NCBI GenBank assembly: GCA_963693365.1
Contig: CAVNZM010000064.1
Location: 1-20,778 of the forward strand
Direction: 5' to 3'
DNA length: 20,778 nucleotides
Source: Amoebidium appalachense
Lineage: Eukaryota; Protista; Ichthyosporea
A program made the position numbers and the translations under genes. The notes beneath the pieces are model-generated. The model was not told the origin of the DNA. It ran no database searches and saw nothing but the letters and a program-made list of their open reading frames with translations. Of this stretch, positions 1-20,778 are shown piece by piece. The stretch's first letter is position 1. The number at the start of each line of letters is the position of its first letter.

Positions 1-112
1 CAGAGGAGAGCAAATAGAAATAAAACACAATAAGTTCTTATCAGGCAAGAGAGCCAGGTGTGCACAGATCTACAGATATCTGTGCCCACAGAAACAAGGG
101 AGAGAGAGATAC

Positions 113-146
113 GGGGGGGGGGGGGGGGGGGGGGGGGGGGGAGGGG

Positions 147-210
<64 letters not shown>

Positions 211-231
211 GAGAGAGGGAGAGAGAGAGAG
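113..231. repeat. Poly-G plus (GA)n microsatellite
   Basis: Directly visible. Confidence 0.95.
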
Positions 232-299
232 CACAAAGGAGGAAAGCAGACACGAATACAAACAAGCTAGGACACATACATACTTCAAGGCTCTTGCTG

Positions 300-1508
300 T
301 CATACATGGTGACGTATTCCAACATATTCTGGTAGTTTCAATGCAGCCAAGATGGGGCCGTATTCGGATGCATGCAACTGGCGGAGAGGGTGCAACCACA
401 GTTTTTCGTGCTCTGCAAAGTGCTTCTTCAATATAGACCCAGCCTTACCTCCTGAGCCTGTGCTGACATCAGAGCCTCTCGGGCGACTTGGCGTGCCTGC
501 CAGTCCACCTGCAGACGCCAGAGGGGATCCTGCAAGGGGGATTTCGTTAAATACGGGTGCTTTAGGCTGGTCGAAGTGATCTTCTTCATGCACTTTCGCA
601 GTCATGTGTTCGTTTTCGTTTGTGGGTGTGTCTTCGTAACTTTGTTCGTGTTTTTCTTCATTTTCAGCATCAGAATCAGTGTAGCTGAGTGTGCGCGCAA
701 GCACATCCTTATATGTAAATTTAGTGGGGGGTGCGGGAGGTGCAATTACCTTGGGATCAGTGCACCCAGATGGGACCGGGGACAAAGGCTTCTTGCCTGT
801 GGTGGGTGGGAGAGGACGGGGGGTGGTGGGCACCGTCGTATTTTTCACACGTGCCTCAGCCACCAACTGTGCTTCCCGCTCCAACTCAGACCATTTCGCG
901 GACGTGCACAACATTCTAGACAGTGTGGTGTCTTTCATCTGCGAAATCTCACTGTAAATCTGCGCGACATCAGCTTCGAGGTCCATCACAGGCCGCCCAG
1001 CATCGATTGCAGTTTGAATGGCACGTCTCAGAGTTTCAATACGATAGAACTTGGAGACAACACGGCCCCGCACCTCTGCCAGAGCCGTGGCAGTGTCCCG
1101 GTCTTGTTTCGTTTTTTCCTTCGTTGCTACTTGAAGTTCGTTCGTGTGTTTGTTGGTGTTCGTGTGTTCGTTGGTGTTTGTATGTTCGTTGGTTTTCGTG
1201 TGTTCGTTGCGCTTCGTTTTGTCTTTGGGTTTCGTGCTTTCGTTGGGCTTCGTTTGTTCGTTGCCAGTGGGCTTCGTAGTTACCTTTGTGTTCGTGTGTG
1301 TGTTGGGTTTTGTGATCGTGTTCGGTTTCTGGGTAGCACGAGGCTGTGTAGGGGGAGGGGTGGGGAGTGTTTTCGTGCCCTGCCCCGGAGTCTTGGCTTT
1401 CTTCTGCGTTGGGGGCGGCGGTTTGACTGCGGTAGGCTTCTTGGTGTCACGTGTCAGTTTGCTTTCATTGTCCGAGAGTACAGGGTAGTCGTCAAATTCG
1501 CCCGCCAT
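300..1508 (-). CDS. Hypothetical protein, 402 aa, Thr/Pro/Lys-rich with hexapeptide repeats and a central helical (coiled-coil-like) segment; may continue leftwards
   Basis: Long ORF, strong Kozak context ACCATGG, upstream TATATAAA. No recognisable family motif. Confidence 0.7.
   Translation of the reverse strand: MAGEFDDYPVLSDNESKLTRDTKKPTAVKPPPPTQKKAKTPGQGTKTLPTPPPTQPRATQKPNTITKPNTHTNTKVTTKPTGNEQTKPNESTKPKDKTKRNEHTKTNEHTNTNEHTNTNKHTNELQVATKEKTKQDRDTATALAEVRGRVVSKFYRIETLRRAIQTAIDAGRPVMDLEADVAQIYSEISQMKDTTLSRMLCTSAKWSELEREAQLVAEARVKNTTVPTTPRPLPPTTGKKPLSPVPSGCTDPKVIAPPAPPTKFTYKDVLARTLSYTDSDAENEEKHEQSYEDTPTNENEHMTAKVHEEDHFDQPKAPVFNEIPLAGSPLASAGGLAGTPSRPRGSDVSTGSGGKAGSILKKHFAEHEKLWLHPLRQLHASEYGPILAALKLPEYVGIRHHV
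1137..1330. repeat. Degenerate 18-bp coding minisatellite (TNEHTN / TKPNEQ-like hexapeptides)
   Basis: Repeated GTTCGTGTGTTCGTTGGT-like units inside the ORF. Confidence 0.8.
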
Positions 1509-1700
1509 GGTTGAAGAGATTCTTGAAAGATGTGAGATTCTGGAACTGCGCGGTCGCCAATGTAAACAGTTGAACTAGTTGGGATAAGGCAGAGAACAAC
1601 TGAATCAGAATAAAGACAGAGAACGGGTAGTAAGGCACACGCGGCTAGGTTACTATATAATGTGCTCGTTCAGAGTGATCCCCCGTACTGGGACGGCTTG

Positions 1701-1708
1701 TTTATATA
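1701..1708 (-). promoter_or_regulatory. Candidate TATA box (TATATAAA) for the 1508->300 gene
   Basis: + strand TTTATATA at 1701-1708, about 190 nt upstream of the ATG. Confidence 0.4.
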
Positions 1709-2391
1709 GCCCCCAGGTTCCGGATCATCTGGATGGGTGGCATTGATGCCTTCGTGACTTCTGCCAGTCAGAAGTTGCGGTCGTCTTTATGTGCACACAG
1801 TGCACCAATAACATGAAGCTAACTAAAAGGATAACTTTGTGGCAAATGATTGGTCAATACTTAAGCCCGTTTAGGTTTATGCAACTGGGTATGATTTCCT
1901 TATTGGTTCCGTTCGTTTAGCTATAGATGTCGCCTCCGTAGTGGATGAGACTTGCATTCCTATCCTAGCGGTTCTCGAATTCTATTGGTTCATACTGACT
2001 GCACGGCCACTGCATATTGCCGGCGCCGCGGCTCAGTCGTGAGCCGCAGCCCGCGGCTGTCGCGTGTGATATTGATCTGATCATATGTACACAATATCTA
2101 CGTGATCACTATGATATGTACAGTATATTCGTAATAGTAAACATGTACGGCGTGTACAGATGTTTACACAGTCTCAGGTATGGGGGGGTTTTGCTCGGAA
2201 TATCCCCTCAGCGGTATATCATGATCACGTACATAGATGTCGGGTGATGACTATATATCAGGGTTTACTTTCTCTACGAAACACCATAAAGACTAAGAAA
2301 AATCAATTAGTTGGGGTTCCCCGTTTTTTTTTTTTTTTTTTTTTTTTGTTTTGTTTTGGGGGCTCCCCCTGGGGCACTCGGTATCAGCTGG

Positions 2392-2393
<2 letters not shown>

Positions 2394-2476
<83 letters not shown>
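2394..2476. repeat. (TG)n microsatellite
   Basis: Directly visible. Confidence 0.95.
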
Positions 2477-2480
<4 letters not shown>

Positions 2481-3045
2481 CGCTAGAATTTTGTAGCGAT
2501 GTGTTTCTCAAGCCAATCAATACATCTAATAAACAGGTCGTAGTTACCCGTGTTTAGTATAAAATCAAGGATGTTGTAATTTACAGGTAGGCTATCTTTC
2601 TGGGTGTCTGTTGTGAATGTGACGTGTGTGTGTTGCGGTATTATGTGGTCTATCAAACCACATTTGGCGATACATGACCGTTTAAACTGGTGTGTGTGTG
2701 TGTTGTTTGGGCATGTCTATGAAAACTACTCCGGGACGTGTGTTGCCTCTAGGGGGACATCCCCTTGGACGAAAGTGAACCTGCAATGGTTGTAAACCAC
2801 GGCAAGCCCCCAGTCATCAATTTATTGATCCGTGAGGTCCTTGTGCCCAAAAAACGGGGGAAGTCTTCGCCCCGTGAAAAAACAGCACGTATGTGTGGAT
2901 CAATGGGGGTTGAGTGTGGGTGTAGGTGGCTGGGTGAAAAAGGAATATATAGCTGTAAGGCTGTGAGTGCTAAACACAGAAGATGTGTTTGTAGCTTGCT
3001 GATCTGCTAAAACTGTCGTGCTTATATACCTAAGCCTACCGATTT

Positions 3046-3142
3046 GAGCCAATCAAAAATCGATCTAGTGATATGTGAAATCTGATCCGAGCCAATCGAA
3101 ACTCGGTCTAGTGATATGTGGAATCTGATGTTTTGATTGGCT
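3046..3142. repeat. Two 43-bp direct repeats followed by a 12-bp inverted copy of their start
   Basis: GAGCCAATC..A.TCG.TCTAGTGATATGTG.AATCTGAT at 3046 and 3089. TTTTGATTGGCT (3131-3142) is the reverse complement of AGCCAATCAAAA (3047-3058). Confidence 0.85.
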
Positions 3143-4083
3143 AATAGGTGCCCGTGTGCGGGCAGCCAACCGCGAACTGCTAAAACACGAAATGAAGCCT
3201 ACATGGTTATGTTGATACCGAACACCAGGAGGGTACTTAGGACTTTTGAGATTTGGGTGTTTTCTATGGAAATGCTCGGTTATCCCTTGTATATTTTGTA
3301 AAAATGTATATTGTATCTCTATTAGGCACACTAGGACCCAAACTAGGATGTGCATGGAATGCGACCCAAACATCTTTGGAAGCATCCAATTATATATTTA
3401 TCAACGTTTTAACTGTTGGGTGTCCGTTTGCAAACAGCGATATAAGTTCCTTCGACCACATAGCAAGCCACGATAGCACATTATCTTTCAGGTGAAGTAT
3501 CACAGTTCTTGAGGGGTAGCAAACAAGCGACATGCTGGCTAATGAACGGAGCTGGGTACGGTAGTTCCACAACAGCAATTTGGAGTTTTGCAATTGTATG
3601 GGCATTGTTTAATGCACATTGTGAATAAAACATGAGATAAGTCTTACACAATACATCCTTAAACAGGGTGCTTTACAAATTCCAGCTAACTGACCGACAT
3701 GATGTTCACAACTATTACAGGCAAAGAAGCCCAATGTAACATAATAGAGCTGAAGAACGCTCTCAATCAGGCAGGCCATCCTGTGACTTTGGAAAGAGTT
3801 CAAAGGAGAAGTGGTATGAGCATCAGTCTACACGTGAAACATCACATACAATATACAAAGTAAAGGGTTATACAATACAACCTATCTAACTTACTATCAC
3901 ATATCACAACTTACCATCACATTCCAACGCTAACCCATGAAGACAAACAAGGAAAGATTGCCTCCTCCACTTCGCTACCCATTCATTAATTCAAACAGTA
4001 TGGTTCAAAAAAGTATATAGTGTGGTAGAGCATGCCTAAGGATCGGATTGAGGTTAAAGCTTTAAGATGTTGTGGTCACCGTG

Positions 4084-18215
<14,132 letters not shown>

Positions 18216-19681
18216 TTTTAAAGAAGCTATGGTATGAATCTCACCGAAACCACTGCAACTGCAAATGAGGGACAGCGGTGCGCAAGCCGGCTAAATCCAC
18301 GAAAGGGTTGTAAGATTCTCAAGCCGACCCGGCGGCGTCAAACTCGGCCCTAACTTCAATGTACATTGTAATAATTTAACAAGGATGTTTGCATAATGTT
18401 AGAGTATCAAATAGAATTTCATATGTGTCTGCATATGTAGGCATATATTGGTCTACACACATGGCAGTTACTGTATGAGCTGTAAAGGATACTCCAATTC
18501 TACGGTATGTCAGAGAAATAAATTTCGAGCCCCATATGCTTCTTCATTCTGATTGGCTTTGAATACACATACTGCATGATACAGCATCTTAGATCTCTGC
18601 TTCCTATTGGATGAATGAAATGCACGTCGATCCCGAACCAAATTTCAGCTACTTTAGAGTGCATTCTAAACATCTCTGCTGTCTTCTCGGACTGAATATC
18701 CATTGCCAGAATCAAAGAAATAATAAATAATTTATACATGGAATATTCTAGGCACGCCAATTCTAGTTTTACGGAATAAATGAAGGCTCGAAAGGTTTGC
18801 ACGGGTTGGCCTCGTGCGTTCCCATGAGTCTGATTGGTTGGTGGCATAAATCGTGCGAGTTTCCTAGCCGCTACTAGGGTTATGATCATGTCAAGGGTGC
18901 TTAGATTCCTTCTGATGTACGTTTACTTCCTTTTTATTTTATTTTTTTCACTTCTTTTTTTTGTTGTTGTTAATTAGGGTCTCTAATAACAATGTTTATC
19001 TCTTATCATGTGAGTTATTGCAATAATCACTATACTGTCAATAGTCGTGTGTCTTACGATCTGATCATGGCTGAGGAATTTTGGTAACTTCCACTCTTTG
19101 AATGGCGTAGGCTCGGCCAATAAGAAAATGCGAGTTGGCCTTTTGCCACCCCAGCGCCAACTAGGACACATGTTGTCCTAGCGCGGTGGCAATGTGGCTT
19201 TAGGTGTCTTGTTCTTTGTTTGGTTTTTCCAAAACATGTTCAACAGCAGGAGGTACGGGCTCCATTTTCGTACATCTCCAGAACTTTTCTACTACAAAAT
19301 ATGTTACGTTGACTCATTTATGCCACAATGACACACTACCATATTTTCACACTTGAAAGATTCCTTTTTATGAACCATTAGGCACACATTCTGTTGTGCG
19401 GCATGTCACCGCGCCAGACTGGATAAAAAATATCCTGCCAATCAAAGCATTGTGTCGAGATCCTACTTGGCTATGTTTGACTGGCGAAAGATGCACCAAA
19501 ACAGATCTGCATGCTCCCAGGGGAACCTGACAACTAGCATTAGCATACATGCGAGAACACCCATGTGCCACACGTACCCAGTAACGACTTGTGTTTGTGA
19601 CATTTTCAAGTGCATGGGATTCTAATCTATCGTCTCAAGCATATGAACAGAGGAAATTACGTGTAGGTGAGGGCTTGTAAA

Positions 19682-20721
19682 ATGGGCCCAATTGTGAGAA
19701 GCGGCCCTGTCAGGCCCGTGGGGACATGTCGAAGGCAGGGAGCCCCATTACAAAAAGACACGTTAACCACAGGCCCGAACGCTAGAAAAGTTCTTGGCGA
19801 GCTACAACAAAACTTCACATCTAACTCAAGTGGTAACAATGCAAATGCAAAACGGGGCAGCATTGTTAATGATGGCTGCGCACGTGCACGCAAACGCACA
19901 CGTATTGACACATGCAACAACACAACGTTAGCAAACTGCAACAACCCGGCGAGTACCAGACAAATCAGCAGCAGTCAATTAGGTAGTGGCAGTGCGGAGG
20001 AGCTTTCTTTTTCAAGAGAAGCAATGGATGCCGAAGAGGAGAATGCAAAAAGATTAATCGAAGAGGTGGAGGCACGGCGGCAACATGGGGTGGCCAGATC
20101 GAAGGCGGCGATGGCTGATAAATTAAACGTAACCGTGCTGAGGCACAGCAGAGGGACCGAGTTACTACAGGGGCATTCCCGCCCACGCCCATAGGGTCTG
20201 CGCAACCTTTTCTGCCCGACACAAAAGAAGTTGTCAGAGGCAGCCATTGAAAGTGTCTTGGCTATGACTTGCAGGTAAAGAAAAATCACACTTCTGGCGC
20301 ACATCATCTGAGACGGCGCATGTAAATTGACACTGTTTGAGCTAGCATTCCGTACATTCAATCATTAGTGGAATACTAGAGCGGAAGCCCGTGTGTGTGC
20401 CACATTCAAGTTCTGGTGCTCGTCAGCTCTGAGCCAACCAGTGGGGGGACTTGCTTCATTCTTACATTGCAGCTGCCTGTGGAATGCATAATGGGTGAGA
20501 AAATACTGTTATAGCTAGCTGTGATAGTATGATGACCGTCACGTAAGGGGTGGTATTGTACAGTATTCATTTGTTCTCATATGTCCTCCCTACTGCAGGT
20601 GCAATGACAACTGCTACGAGAGATTCACGTCAGCGCAGGTGAAAAACCTGAGGACTCGGTGGCTCTGTTTGCCTCCGTCAGTTCGCAACCAGGCGCTGTT
20701 CGACTATATGACCCAGCATTT
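19682..20721 (+). CDS. 5' part of a putative DNA transposase (Sola/DUF7869-like Cys-rich N-terminal region), spliced, continuing beyond the window
   Basis: ORF from ATG 19682. After the TAG at 20192-20194 the same frame continues GLRNLFCPTQKKLSEAAIESVLAMTC. Intron 20275-20598 (AG|GTAAAG...CTGCAG|G) joins it to RCNDNCYERFTSAQVKNLRTRWLCLPPSVRNQALFDYM, with the next donor GTAAGC at 20722. The family call rests on recalled motif similarity; no DDE core is visible. Confidence 0.55.
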
Positions 20722-20778
20722 GTAAGCAGCCCCCCCCCCCCCCCCCCCCCCAAGAAATTATACCCAAATATATCTCTC

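Noticed and set aside
576-1514. 312-aa plus-strand ORF
   Set aside because: Antisense shadow of the repeat-rich 402-aa minus-strand ORF, which has the Kozak context and TATA box.
3826-3841. Resemblance to bacterial parS (GTCTACACGTGAAACA versus TGTTTCACGTGAAACA)
   Set aside because: A single 12/16 match with a broken left arm; the core is a common G-box (CACGTG), so chance is likely.
18500-18889. 129-aa minus-strand ORF upstream of the MTase gene
   Set aside because: AT-rich, no motifs and no splice support; probably chance in the intergenic spacer.

Overview
Eukaryotic genomic DNA with GT-AG introns and dense (GT)n, (GA)n, poly-G and (GAAA)n tracts. The style suggests a green or streptophyte alga, but the organism cannot be determined from this window. 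Most ORFs in the six-frame track are microsatellite artefacts. Manual splicing gives three genes. (1) A ~15-exon minus-strand gene (18215->4084, ~1340 aa) encoding an uncharacterised N-terminal domain, a charged linker, a ParB/Srx-like domain, a helical region and a prokaryote-type beta-class (N6_N4_Mtase-like) amino-methyltransferase with degenerate motifs. (2) A divergently transcribed plus-strand gene from ~19682 whose spliced product has a CxCxxxC...F...R..W motif resembling the N-terminus of Sola/DUF7869-type DNA transposases; it runs off the window. (3) A minus-strand repeat-rich hypothetical gene (1508->300). The last intron of the methyltransferase gene holds an array of TCCTAG-N6-CTAGGA palindromes, and the same motif recurs on both sides of the gene. 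Working hypothesis (inference): a large intron-containing DNA transposon carrying a ParB-methyltransferase fusion and its own palindromic binding sites.
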